Positions 48,953 through 58,270 of a DNA stretch of 64,000 bases are shown here, piece after piece. The notes under the pieces were generated by a model. That model did no database searches, was not told where the DNA came from, and saw nothing but the letters and a program-made list of their open reading frames with translations. How positions within the stretch are numbered: the stretch's first letter is position 1; each line of letters opens with the position of its first letter. A program made the translations under genes and the position numbers. The DNA is from Candidatus Foliamicus sp. (GTDB lineage: Bacteria > Pseudomonadota > Gammaproteobacteria > Steroidobacterales > Foliamicaceae), in the NCBI GenBank assembly GCA_965261845.1, contig OZ253475.1, positions 3,238,152 through 3,302,151 of the forward strand, in the 5' to 3' direction.

Positions 48953-50280
48953 ACGGACAACCTTCCATGCGGCCCGGCGGCGATGTGCGCAGTGCGGAAG
49001 CGGCTCACCTGGCGCAGGTCTACGCCCAGTTTCCGTTCGAAATCGTTTCCGGGCAGGGCGCATACCTGAATTGTGCCGACGGACGCAGGCTGCTCGATAT
49101 GTACGGCGGTCATGCTGTGTGCGCCCTGGGCTACGGCCACCCGCGGCTGCTGGAAGCCTTGCAGCGACAGGCCGGCAAGCTGTTCTTCGCCAGCAATGCG
49201 GCAGCACTGCGAGTGCGCGCCCGGGCGGCCGACAAGCTGGCGGAATTTGCGCCGCCGGGACTGAACCGGGTCTTCTTTGTGAATTCCGGCGCGGAGGCCA
49301 ATGAGAACGCGCTTCGGCTGGCCTGCCGGCTGACTGGACGCGCGCATGTGGTGGCCCTGGAGCATGGCTTTCACGGACGCACCGCAGCAGCCGCATCGGT
49401 GACCTGGGGCGCACGGGAGAGCTGGTATGGCTTTCCGAAGACGCCCGTGGACGTGACATTCGCGCCCCGCAATGACCCCGCCGCTGCGGCAGCGCTGATC
49501 ACCGGGGAGACCGCAGCCGTGATCGTCGAACCCATACAGGGGCTGGCGGGCGCTTTTCCGCTGGACGACGGGTACCTTCAGGCGCTGCGAGCTGCCTGCG
49601 ACCAAAACGGTGCTTTTCTGATCGCCGATGAGGTGCAATGCGGCATGGGCCGTAGCGGCCTGCCCTTCGCTATCTCGCATTCGGGCGTGGTCCCGGACAT
49701 GATCACCACCGCAAAGGCGCTGGGCGCGGGCTTTCCCTGCGGCGCGCTGCTGCTGCGGGAGGATTGCGCCGCGCAACTGAGCATGGGCGATCTCGGCACC
49801 ACCTTTGGGGGTGGTCCGCTGGCCTGCGCCGTGATCGAAGCGGTGCTGGACGTGATGCGCGAAGAGCAGCTTCCCGAACAGGCCGCCGAGCGTGAACGGC
49901 AAATCCGCGCCAGCTGTTTGCTGGGTCCGGTAGAAGCGATACAGGGTCGGGGACTCCTGCTGGGTCTCAAGTGCAAAGGCGGCGCGCGCCAAGTCCGCGA
50001 CGACCTGCTTGAGGCCGACATACTTACCGGCGCCAGCGCCGCTCCGGAATGGCTGCGGCTGATGCCTCCGCTTAATCTGCGCGAGAGCGAAGCGGCGGAA
50101 CTCGCCTCAGCGCTGCAGCAACTCCCTGGGAGTAGTCACAGCGACCATGCTGCGCTGACGCGTAAGGAACCCCCTGGGAACGAGGGCGTCCCGCCCTCGA
50201 CGAGGGCGGGACGCCCTCGTTCCCAGGGGCAGCCCGCAACCAAGTCTGATATTCAACTCAAGGAACAATCCAGTGAGTGA
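48949..50280 (+). CDS. argD: Acetylornithine aminotransferase with ~50-aa C-terminal extension
   Basis: NSGAEANE, FHGRT, EPIQG, DEVQCGMGR, AKALG, GTTFGGGP. Confidence 0.93.
   Translation: MNGQPSMRPGGDVRSAEAAHLAQVYAQFPFEIVSGQGAYLNCADGRRLLDMYGGHAVCALGYGHPRLLEALQRQAGKLFFASNAAALRVRARAADKLAEFAPPGLNRVFFVNSGAEANENALRLACRLTGRAHVVALEHGFHGRTAAAASVTWGARESWYGFPKTPVDVTFAPRNDPAAAAALITGETAAVIVEPIQGLAGAFPLDDGYLQALRAACDQNGAFLIADEVQCGMGRSGLPFAISHSGVVPDMITTAKALGAGFPCGALLLREDCAAQLSMGDLGTTFGGGPLACAVIEAVLDVMREEQLPEQAAERERQIRASCLLGPVEAIQGRGLLLGLKCKGGARQVRDDLLEADILTGASAAPEWLRLMPPLNLRESEAAELASALQQLPGSSHSDHAALTRKEPPGNEGVPPSTRAGRPRSQGQPATKSDIQLKEQSSE
50171..50229. repeat. REP-like perfect palindrome inside the argD 3' extension
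   Basis: 29-bp arm CCCCTGGGAACGAGGGCGTCCCGCCCTCG, 1-nt spacer, exact reverse-complement arm. Confidence 0.95.
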
Positions 50281-51289
50281 CATCCAACGATTCGACGATC
50301 TGGCGGATTTTTCGCCGGAACAGATAGCAGCGCTGCTGGCCCTGGCCAGCCGCCTGGAAAAACGCCCCGAGCCGGAGGCCCTCAAGGGCAAGGTCCTTTC
50401 GCTATTGTTTCTCAACCCGTCGCTCCGGACCCTGGCTTCCTTCCAGGCGTCGATGACTCGCCTGGGCGGCGGCGCCTTCGTGATTTCTCCGGAGATGTCC
50501 ATCCACGGCCTGGAGACCCGCCCCGGAATCGTCATGGACGGCGCGGCGGCCGAGCATGTCAAGGAGGCGGTCCCGGTAATCGCCTCATACGGAGACGCCC
50601 TGGGCCTGCGTGCCTTCGCTGAACGGCGCAACCTTGTGGAGGACCTGGAAGACCGCGAGTATCGCAGTCTTGCGGAACTGGTATCCACGCCCTTGATCAA
50701 CATGGAATCGGCGATCAATCATCCCTGTCAGAGCCTGGCGGACTGGAAGACCATGGATGACTTGAATACGCCGGCGTCCGGCGGGAAGTTCGTATTGAGC
50801 TGGGCCTATCATCCCCTGGCCCTGCCGCTGGCGGTGCCGGCCGCTACGCTGCAGATGGCGGCGATGCGGGGAATGGACGTCACCGTGGTGCGGCCGAACG
50901 GCTTCGAATTGCCTGCGCTGGTCATGGACAAGGCCCGCAAGCTGGCGCAGCGGTCCGGCGGCTCGGTAAGGGAGACGGACGATCGAGCCGAGGGATTCGA
51001 CGGAGCGCATGTGCTGTATGCCAAGTCCTGGAGTTCGACTCTCCATTATGGCGACAAGCATGCGGACTATCAGTTGCGCAATGGGCATGAGGACTGGTGC
51101 ATCGACGAGGATTGGTTCGCGCCGGCTGAATCGGACTGCAAGTTCATGCATTGCCTGCCGGTGCGCCGCAACGTGGTGGTAAGCGAAGCGGTACTGGACG
51201 GCCCGCGCAGCGTCGTCGTGGCCGAGGCCCGCAATCGAATGTGGGTGCAGATGGCCGTTCTCTACGCCATGCTGGGGCCGGGACTGTGA
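50273..51289 (+). CDS. argF: N-acyl(acetyl/succinyl)ornithine carbamoyltransferase (ArgF'-type)
   Basis: FLNPSLRT (not STRT), MDG...EH, HPCQ, SWAYHP, HCLPVRRNV, EARNR. Confidence 0.92.
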   Translation: MSDIQRFDDLADFSPEQIAALLALASRLEKRPEPEALKGKVLSLLFLNPSLRTLASFQASMTRLGGGAFVISPEMSIHGLETRPGIVMDGAAAEHVKEAVPVIASYGDALGLRAFAERRNLVEDLEDREYRSLAELVSTPLINMESAINHPCQSLADWKTMDDLNTPASGGKFVLSWAYHPLALPLAVPAATLQMAAMRGMDVTVVRPNGFELPALVMDKARKLAQRSGGSVRETDDRAEGFDGAHVLYAKSWSSTLHYGDKHADYQLRNGHEDWCIDEDWFAPAESDCKFMHCLPVRRNVVVSEAVLDGPRSVVVAEARNRMWVQMAVLYAMLGPGL

Positions 51290-52221
51290 ACCGGGCGCGG
51301 ACCACCGGCACCGGATTCCGGGCGCTGCGGGCCGCGGCCCCGTACTTGCGCCTGTACCGCGGCCGCGTGTTCGTGGTGAAGCTGGGCGGCGAGGTCCTGA
51401 GCCGGGCCAGCCGTATCGAGGCGCTGGTGGAGCAGGCGGGGGTGTTGCAGGCGCTCGGCGTGCGGGTCGTGATCGTGCACGGCGGCGGACCGCAATCCAC
51501 TGAATTGACCCAACGCCTGAAGCACCAGGCGCGCATGGTGGCCGGCCGCCGGGTAACCGGTCCGGACGATCTGAAAGTGGCCTCGTACGTACTCAACGGG
51601 GCGGTGAACACCCAGCTTCTGGCCGCTTGCCGGGCCTGTGGCATTCCCGCCGTTGGCGTTTCAGGCGTGGACGCCGGCCTGGTCACGGCCCGGCGCCGTC
51701 CACCGGTCAAAATGGAAGGCGCCGGTGAAGAACCGGTGGATTTCGGCTTCGTCGGCGATATTGAGCGGGTCGACCCGGCGGTGCTCAATGTGTTGCTGGA
51801 TCGGGGCATGCTGCCGGTTGTGAGTCCGCTGTCCGCAGACTCCGAGGGAGGGCTTCTGAATATCAACGCCGATACCGTGGCTGCTTCGCTGGCGGTTGCG
51901 ATCAAGGCCGAGAAACTGGTCCTTACGATGGCTGCTCCAGGCATTCTTGGCGACCGTTCCGACCCTTCCACCTTGTTGTCGTACCTTGACCTGTCGGGCC
52001 TGCAACGTTTGCGCGATGAAAGCGCGTTGGCCGACGGCATGTTGCCGAAGGCGACGGCAATTCAATCGGCCATAGAGGGCGGCGTCCCACGCGTTCACCT
52101 GGTATCCGGCAGTACCCAGGACGGCCTGCTGCGAGAGGCGTTTACCAATGAGGGCTGCGGGACCCTGGTGGTGCGCAGCATCGACGCGCTTTCCGCGGCG
52201 GAGCAGAAGGCGGCGAAGTAA
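51286..52221 (+). CDS. argB: Acetylglutamate kinase
   Basis: VVKLGG, VHGGGPQ, GRRVT, NINADTVA, GMLPK. GTGA overlap with argF. No fused GNAT domain. Confidence 0.94.
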   Translation: MNRARTTGTGFRALRAAAPYLRLYRGRVFVVKLGGEVLSRASRIEALVEQAGVLQALGVRVVIVHGGGPQSTELTQRLKHQARMVAGRRVTGPDDLKVASYVLNGAVNTQLLAACRACGIPAVGVSGVDAGLVTARRRPPVKMEGAGEEPVDFGFVGDIERVDPAVLNVLLDRGMLPVVSPLSADSEGGLLNINADTVAASLAVAIKAEKLVLTMAAPGILGDRSDPSTLLSYLDLSGLQRLRDESALADGMLPKATAIQSAIEGGVPRVHLVSGSTQDGLLREAFTNEGCGTLVVRSIDALSAAEQKAAK

Positions 52222-53414
52222 TGACCCGCTTGTGGGACAAGGGCGAGAAGCTGGACGAAACGGTCCTGCGCTACACCGCGGGAGAGGATCATCTTCTCGA
52301 CCGCCGGCTGGTGGCGTACGATGTTCGAGCGTCAATTGCTCACGCCGAAATGCTGCACGCCGCAGACTACCTGACCGATCGGGATTACGCCGCCATCGTC
52401 AGGGGGCTCAACGAACTGGCTGCCGAGCATGCCTCCGGCGACTGGGCCATTTCCATTGAGGACGAGGACGTGCATACGGCCCTGGAGCGGCGCCTTGTAG
52501 CCCGGATCGGGGAAGCGGGCCAGCGTGTCCATCTGGGCCGCTCGCGCAACGACCAGGTTTTGGCGGCGCTGCGGCTGTATCTCAAAGACGCGGCAGACCA
52601 GTTGCGGCAGGCCGCCGGAGAAGTAGCGGAACTACTCGACGAATTGGATCATCGCCAGGGTGAGTTGCCGTTGCCCGGTTACACGCATATGCAACAGGCC
52701 ATGCCCAGCAGCGTCGGCTTGTGGGCGCGCGGATTTGCCGCGGAATTTCGCGACGACGTTCAAGGATTTGCGAGCGCGGTGCGGCGCATGGACCGCAATC
52801 CGCTCGGCAGCGCGGCTGGCTTCGGCACACCGGGGTTGAATATCGACCGGGAACGAACCGGCAGGAATCTCGGCTTCGCCGAAGTGCAGGAGCCGGTCAC
52901 CTCGGTGCAGTTGTCACGCGGCAAGGCCGAAGCCGGGCTGGTGTTTGAATGCGCCCTGCTGGTCCAGGACCTGGGCCGGCTGGCCAGCGACCTGCTGTTG
53001 TTCTATACCCAGGAGTTTGCGCTGGTGCACCTGGCTCCCGAGGTCAATACCGGCTCTTCGATCATGCCGCAGAAGCGCAATCCCGACGCGCTCGAACTGG
53101 TTCGCGCTGCCGGCGCCACCATGCAGGCCTGTCTCTTCGAGGTGCTGGGCATTCCGGCGTCACTGCCTTCCGGTTATCAGCGCGACGTCCAGCGAATCAA
53201 GGCGCCGCTGTTCCGGGCAATCGATCTGGCTGGGGAAAGTTGCGCGGTGATTTGCCGTATAGTGCGCGCCTTGCGCTTCAATCCGGAACGCTGCAAGCAG
53301 TTGACGTCAGCTCAGGGCTTGCGTGCCGCCGAGCAGGCCAATCGGCTGGTTGTGGAGCAGGGCCTGAGTTTCCGCGACGCGTACAGGCGAGTGGCGGAGT
53401 ACCCCAAAGAGTGA
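52221..53414 (+). CDS. argH: Argininosuccinate lyase (short, 397 aa)
   Basis: HLGRSRNDQV, PGYTHMQQAMP, NPLGSAAG, GSSIMPQKRNPD. Confidence 0.94.
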   Translation: MTRLWDKGEKLDETVLRYTAGEDHLLDRRLVAYDVRASIAHAEMLHAADYLTDRDYAAIVRGLNELAAEHASGDWAISIEDEDVHTALERRLVARIGEAGQRVHLGRSRNDQVLAALRLYLKDAADQLRQAAGEVAELLDELDHRQGELPLPGYTHMQQAMPSSVGLWARGFAAEFRDDVQGFASAVRRMDRNPLGSAAGFGTPGLNIDRERTGRNLGFAEVQEPVTSVQLSRGKAEAGLVFECALLVQDLGRLASDLLLFYTQEFALVHLAPEVNTGSSIMPQKRNPDALELVRAAGATMQACLFEVLGIPASLPSGYQRDVQRIKAPLFRAIDLAGESCAVICRIVRALRFNPERCKQLTSAQGLRAAEQANRLVVEQGLSFRDAYRRVAEYPKE

Positions 53415-53866
53415 CCGAGCGGATATGGCATCCCAAGGCGTTCAATCGCCCCGAGCAGCTGAACGCCTTGGAAGAGAACCGAATGCTGGGGCATCTGGGC
53501 GTTGAGGTCGTCGAAATCGGCGACGACTATCTGCGTGCCCGCATGCCGGTGGACCATCGCACCCAGCAGCCCTTCGGCTTGCTGCACGGCGGGGCATCGG
53601 CAGTGTTGGCGGAGTCAGTCGGCAGCTGGTCTTCGTACCTGTGCACTGCGCCCGGCGAGTACCAGGTCCTTGGCCTGGAAATCAACCTAAGCCACCTGCG
53701 CCCTGCGCGCTCGGGTTATGTATACGGCACCGCGCGCCCAGTGCGATTGGGGAGCGTCGTGCATGTGTGGGATATTCGCATCACCGACGAAGCGGATCAG
53801 TTGTTGAGTATTTCCCGGTTGGCCACATCAGTTCGAGCAATCAAACACGCGAAACAGGATGCGTGA
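53411..53866 (+). CDS. Hotdog-fold thioesterase (YdiI/PaaI family)
   Basis: MPVDHRTQQPFGLLHGGASAVLAES, GLEINLSHLR; GTGA overlap with argH. Confidence 0.92.
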   Translation: MTERIWHPKAFNRPEQLNALEENRMLGHLGVEVVEIGDDYLRARMPVDHRTQQPFGLLHGGASAVLAESVGSWSSYLCTAPGEYQVLGLEINLSHLRPARSGYVYGTARPVRLGSVVHVWDIRITDEADQLLSISRLATSVRAIKHAKQDA

Positions 53867-53899
53867 TATTCTTGCGTCCGCAATTCCTGGGAGAAATAC

Positions 53900-54232
53900 G
53901 TGAAGAAACTACTACTTGCAATCGGATTTGCGCTTGCCCTGGGCGCCTGCGCCGCTCAGCAGAACGCTCTGCAATCATCCGCCACGCCCGCTGCCGAACA
54001 GCAAGCCGCGCCCCAGGAAAAAGCCGCCGCCACCCGCGACAGGAATGACGAGGATTATGTGACTTCCCTGGAGCGCCGGGACGTCACGGGATCGCGCATC
54101 AATCGCGTGCGCCGTACGGGAGAGGTCGGCGAGGACACGACCGCGGGCAAGCGTGTGGAGACCTTGTCCCGGGAAGAAATCGAGATGATGAATCAACGAA
54201 CCCGCGGGCCCATAATCAGCGGCGAAGAGTAG
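53900..54232 (+). CDS. Hypothetical lipoprotein
   Basis: MKKLLLAIGFALALGAC lipobox; VTGSRI motif. Confidence 0.8.
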   Translation: MKKLLLAIGFALALGACAAQQNALQSSATPAAEQQAAPQEKAAATRDRNDEDYVTSLERRDVTGSRINRVRRTGEVGEDTTAGKRVETLSREEIEMMNQRTRGPIISGEE

Positions 54233-54265
54233 CCCGGGGATATTTCCGGCTACCCGCTAGCAGAA

Positions 54266-55051
54266 TCAATCGGGCGCAGGTTCGCGTTTCTTGATCATGA
54301 TGCGCGCCATCAGGATGCCGATCTCGTAGAGCAGGTACATCGGCACCGCCAGCAGGGTTTGCGAGATCATATCGGGCGGAGTCAACAGCATGCCCATAGT
54401 GAAAGCGCCCAGGAGAATGTAAGGCCTCTTCTTGCCCAGTGAATCCGGGCTGACAATGCCCGCCCCCACCAGCATCAGGATTGCGATGGGCACTTCAAAG
54501 GCGATCCCGAAGGTAAAGAAAAGCACCACCACAAAATCCAGATATTCGCCGATATCGGTCATCATGGCCACACCTTCGGGAGTATTGGTGGCGAAAAACT
54601 TGAACATCAGCGGGAACACCACGAAGTAGGCAAACGCCGCGCCTGCATAGAACAGGAAAATACTGGACAGCACCAGCGGAAGCGCTGCCTTTTTCTCGCG
54701 TTTGTACAGTCCCGGCGCTACAAATGCCCAGGCCTGATAAATAACGACCGGCATGGCGGCGAACAGGGCTACGAAGAAGGCCGTCTTGAACGGAGTGAGA
54801 AACGGCGACGCCACCCGAATGGCAATCATGGTGGAACCTTCGGGAAGCTGGCTCTTTAAGGGGTCCGCCACCATCGTGAAAACCTTTCCAGCGAACGGTA
54901 CCAGGCCGACAAAGATCACCAGGACTGCGCAGGCCGCCTTCATCAGGCGGGAGCGCAGTTCAACCAGGTGGGAAAGCAGGCTGGATTCCTCCAGTTCCTC
55001 CTTTCCTTCCTGTTCGGGTTTGTTATTCACTCGGCTTGTCTTGTTCGTCAC
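54266..55051 (-). CDS. tatC: Twin-arginine translocase subunit C
   Basis: SHLVELRSRL, YQAWAFVAPGLYKREK, FGIAFEVP, LTPPDMISQ. Confidence 0.97.
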   Translation of the reverse strand: MTNKTSRVNNKPEQEGKEELEESSLLSHLVELRSRLMKAACAVLVIFVGLVPFAGKVFTMVADPLKSQLPEGSTMIAIRVASPFLTPFKTAFFVALFAAMPVVIYQAWAFVAPGLYKREKKAALPLVLSSIFLFYAGAAFAYFVVFPLMFKFFATNTPEGVAMMTDIGEYLDFVVVLFFTFGIAFEVPIAILMLVGAGIVSPDSLGKKRPYILLGAFTMGMLLTPPDMISQTLLAVPMYLLYEIGILMARIMIKKREPAPD

Positions 55052-55373
55052 CGTCCGTGGCCGGCGTTACGGTTTCGTCGCTTTCGGCATCCCTCTTGTC
55101 GCTTTCGGCATCCTTCTTGTCGCTGCCCTCCCGCTGATGCTTGGTATTGGCGTTGGTGCTTGCGGGCTTGGCCGGCCGGCGGGTGGAGAAAGGTCTTGGG
55201 TCGTCGAGGTCGACTTCCTGCCGGAGTTGATACATCAGCGTGCGCGACATGCGCCGCGCCTGTCCCACCCAGCGCCCCAACTGCGCCGCCACTTTCGGCA
55301 GGCGCTTGGGACCCAGGATGAGCAGCCCCATAAGGGCCAGAAGAACCAGTTCCAGAAAGCCGACGTCAAACAT
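55023..55373 (-). CDS. tatB: Twin-arginine translocase subunit B
   Basis: MFDVGFLELVLLALMGLLILGPKRLP. Confidence 0.96.
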   Translation of the reverse strand: MFDVGFLELVLLALMGLLILGPKRLPKVAAQLGRWVGQARRMSRTLMYQLRQEVDLDDPRPFSTRRPAKPASTNANTKHQREGSDKKDAESDKRDAESDETVTPATDGDEQDKPSE

Positions 55374-55485
55374 GCAAGCTTCGTGTTCCGCTCACGCTAA
55401 AGCACAGATCTTGCCGGGACAGGTCACTCGATGAGGGCGCAACTTCGCCCCGGCGCCGGCCCATCAAATGCAAGTACAGCGAGAG

Positions 55486-55728
55486 TCAGGCCTTGGGTGC
55501 GTCCTTTTCCTTTGCCTTCGCGCCCGTTTCGGTTTCGCTGAATTCGGCGTCTGCGCGGGCCAACTTATCCGGATCGGCCTTGTCCGGATCGGACACTGCC
55601 TTGCGAAACCCCTTGATCGCCGCACCCAGGTCGGGACCCAGGCTCTTGATCCGCGAGGTCCCGAATACAACCAATGCGAGCAGCAGTACTACAAGGAGCT
55701 GCCAGCCGCTGATTCCGCCAAGTCCCAT
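55486..55728 (-). CDS. tatA: Twin-arginine translocase subunit A
   Basis: ISGWQLLVVLLLALVVFGTSRIKSLGPDLGAAIKGFRKA. Confidence 0.96.
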   Translation of the reverse strand: MGLGGISGWQLLVVLLLALVVFGTSRIKSLGPDLGAAIKGFRKAVSDPDKADPDKLARADAEFSETETGAKAKEKDAPKA

Positions 55729-55825
55729 TATGTCGTCCTCTTTGCGCTTTGTCGTTGCCCGCCGGCTCTCCCGATTGGCTTATCGGTCATATTAGAAGTC
55801 CGGCGGTAACGCCTAATCATACCTC

Positions 55826-56275
55826 TTATGGCCTCGGACGGGCTTGAAGAAGGATGGTCACCGGCCCCGAGTTGACCAGCTCCACGTCCATGTTTGCCCC
55901 GTACACCCCTGTTTCCACGTGTAGTCCCAAAGCCCTTGCTTCCGCCACTAATCGATCGAACAGCCGCCTGCCTTCCTCGGGGGAAGCCGCTCTTGAGAAT
56001 CCGGGCCGGGTCCCCTTCCGGGTATCCGCAGCCAGCGTGAACTGGGACACCAGCAACAACTCACCGCTGATTTGCTTCAGGCTCAAATTCATCCGCCCAT
56101 CCGCATCAGGGAACACACGGTAGTTCACGATCCGCTCCGCCAGCCGCCTTGCCTGTTCGTCGCCATCGTCCCGTTCCACGGCTGCAAGAACCAGCAAGCC
56201 GCGGCTGATCTGACCGGCTGCCTCGCCGTCGACGCTGACCCGCGCCCGGTTGACACGTTGCAGAAGGCCGATCAT
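55826..56275 (-). CDS. dtd: D-aminoacyl-tRNA deacylase
   Basis: LLQRV, SQFTL, GRRP-like GTRPGF, FGA-like YGANM, VNSGPVT. Confidence 0.96.
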   Translation of the reverse strand: MIGLLQRVNRARVSVDGEAAGQISRGLLVLAAVERDDGDEQARRLAERIVNYRVFPDADGRMNLSLKQISGELLLVSQFTLAADTRKGTRPGFSRAASPEEGRRLFDRLVAEARALGLHVETGVYGANMDVELVNSGPVTILLQARPRP

Positions 56276-56348
56276 GAATCAGCGGACTGGTGGTGCGCAA
56301 AGCATGCTGGCGTAGGTATAGTATTCGCCCACTCAGAGGGGATTTCTT

Positions 56349-58235
56349 ATGCCGCAATTAACGGTCAAGGCGATAGTAACCGGTGTCCTGCTGTCGATTA
56401 TTCTTTCCTGGGCCAACGCCTATATCGGACTGTTCGCCGGCCTTACGGTTTCGGCCTCCATCCCCGCCGCGGTAATGTCGATGGCGGTGCTGCGTATGTT
56501 CAAGCGTAGCAACATCCTGGAGCACAACATCGTGCAAACCGCGGCTTCGGCGGGTGAATCGCTGGCTGCCGGCGTGATCTTCACCCTGCCGGCACTGCTG
56601 ATGCTCAACTACTGGAACGTGTTCGATTACTGGTGGGTAAGCGTGATCGCCGGCGTGGGCGGGCTCCTCGGTGTGCTGTATACGATCCCTCTCAGGCATT
56701 CCCTGATCGTTTCCGAGAACCTTGCTTTTCCGGAAGGTCAGGCTACCGCCCAAGTGCTCAAGGCCGGTCAGGAGGGCGGTGGCGAGGTTCGCTTCCTGGC
56801 CCTGGGCGCCGGAGTCGGCGCGCTCCTCAAGTTGTGCGAGACGGGTTTCAAGATCTGGGAAGGAACTGCGCAGGCAGCCACACGCATTGCGGGCGACAGC
56901 ATTGCGTATATAGGCTCGAACCTTTCGCCCGCATTGATTGGCGTCGGCTACATCGTGGGCATAAACATCGCTGTCCTGGTGCTGATGGGCGGCATGTTTT
57001 CGTGGAACGTCGCCCTGCCGATCTTTGGCGCCTTCTACCTCGAGAATTACCCTGAACTGGCCGCCGAGGTCTCGGTAATGTCCGCGGCGGACGCGGCTTT
57101 CACAATCTGGAGCCAACAGATTCGCTACCTGGGCGTCGGCGCAATGATCGTGGGCGGTCTGTGGGCGATTGTTTCGCTGCGCGGCTCGTTGGTCGACGCT
57201 TTCCGGCGTGGCTTCGGTAATTCCGGGGATGGCCCGTCATTGGCGGAGACGGACCGCGATACGCCGATGCGATTCGTCTTGATCGGCATTGCGTGCATGG
57301 CGGTTCTCATGTGGGTCATCTACTACAACGTGGTCGGCAGCGTGGGCATTTCCCTGGCCATGACCCTTCTGATGGCCACAACGGGCTTCCTGTTTTCCGC
57401 GGTGGCCGCATATATGGCCGGCCTGGTGGGATCCTCCAACAATCCCGTCTCGGGGGTCACCATCGCCACCATACTTTTTTCTTCGCTGCTGATGCTCTGG
57501 CTGGTGGGTGCAGACGAGGCAAACGCGCCGGCCGCCGTCATCATGATCGGCGCCGTGGTGTGCTGCGCCGCGGCGATCGGCGGCGACAACATGCAGGACT
57601 TAAAGGCCGGGCGCATCGTGGGCTCCACGCCTTACAAGCAGCAGTTCATGCAGGTGATCGGCGTGGTGTCGGCCACCTTTTTCCTGGCGCCGGTCCTGAA
57701 CCTGATGCTTGAAGCATACGGGATCGGACCCGCAACCCCCGAGCGTCCCGATTCGCTGCTGGCGCCGCAGGCGACCCTGATGGCGTCGGTTGCCAAGGGC
57801 GTCCTGGGCGGGGAACTGCCCTGGGGCATGATTGGAATTGGCGCCATAGTGGGCGTGGCGATAATCACCTGCGACGAGGTGCTGAAGGCCCGTAAGGCCG
57901 TCTTTCGCATGCCGATACTGGCCGTGGCGGTTGGAATCTACCTTCCGGTGGAGTTGGCAGTTCCCATTTTCATAGGCGGGCTGTTGTCATACATGGCGAA
58001 GCGGGCGAGAGGCGGCGATGCCGCACGCACCGGGTCGCTGCTTGCCGCAGGCCTGATCACCGGCGAAGCCCTGATCGGGATCGGGATTGCCGTGCCGATC
58101 GTGTTAAGCGAGGACAAGGACGTGCTCAAGCTTCCGTTTTCCGCCGGCACCTGGCTCGGCCTGCTGGCGGTTGCAGTCGCGGCGGTTCTGCTCTATCGTG
58201 CCGGCGCGCGCAAGGATGCCGCCGGCGCAAGCTGA
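56349..58235 (+). CDS. OPT-family oligopeptide transporter
   Basis: GLTVSASIPAAV, QTAASAGES, FPEG, SSNNPVSG, QDLKAG, APQATLM. Confidence 0.94.
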   Translation: MPQLTVKAIVTGVLLSIILSWANAYIGLFAGLTVSASIPAAVMSMAVLRMFKRSNILEHNIVQTAASAGESLAAGVIFTLPALLMLNYWNVFDYWWVSVIAGVGGLLGVLYTIPLRHSLIVSENLAFPEGQATAQVLKAGQEGGGEVRFLALGAGVGALLKLCETGFKIWEGTAQAATRIAGDSIAYIGSNLSPALIGVGYIVGINIAVLVLMGGMFSWNVALPIFGAFYLENYPELAAEVSVMSAADAAFTIWSQQIRYLGVGAMIVGGLWAIVSLRGSLVDAFRRGFGNSGDGPSLAETDRDTPMRFVLIGIACMAVLMWVIYYNVVGSVGISLAMTLLMATTGFLFSAVAAYMAGLVGSSNNPVSGVTIATILFSSLLMLWLVGADEANAPAAVIMIGAVVCCAAAIGGDNMQDLKAGRIVGSTPYKQQFMQVIGVVSATFFLAPVLNLMLEAYGIGPATPERPDSLLAPQATLMASVAKGVLGGELPWGMIGIGAIVGVAIITCDEVLKARKAVFRMPILAVAVGIYLPVELAVPIFIGGLLSYMAKRARGGDAARTGSLLAAGLITGEALIGIGIAVPIVLSEDKDVLKLPFSAGTWLGLLAVAVAAVLLYRAGARKDAAGAS

Positions 58236-58270
58236 CAAATTAACCCCTTTTTCCTGACTGGAGGAATTTC

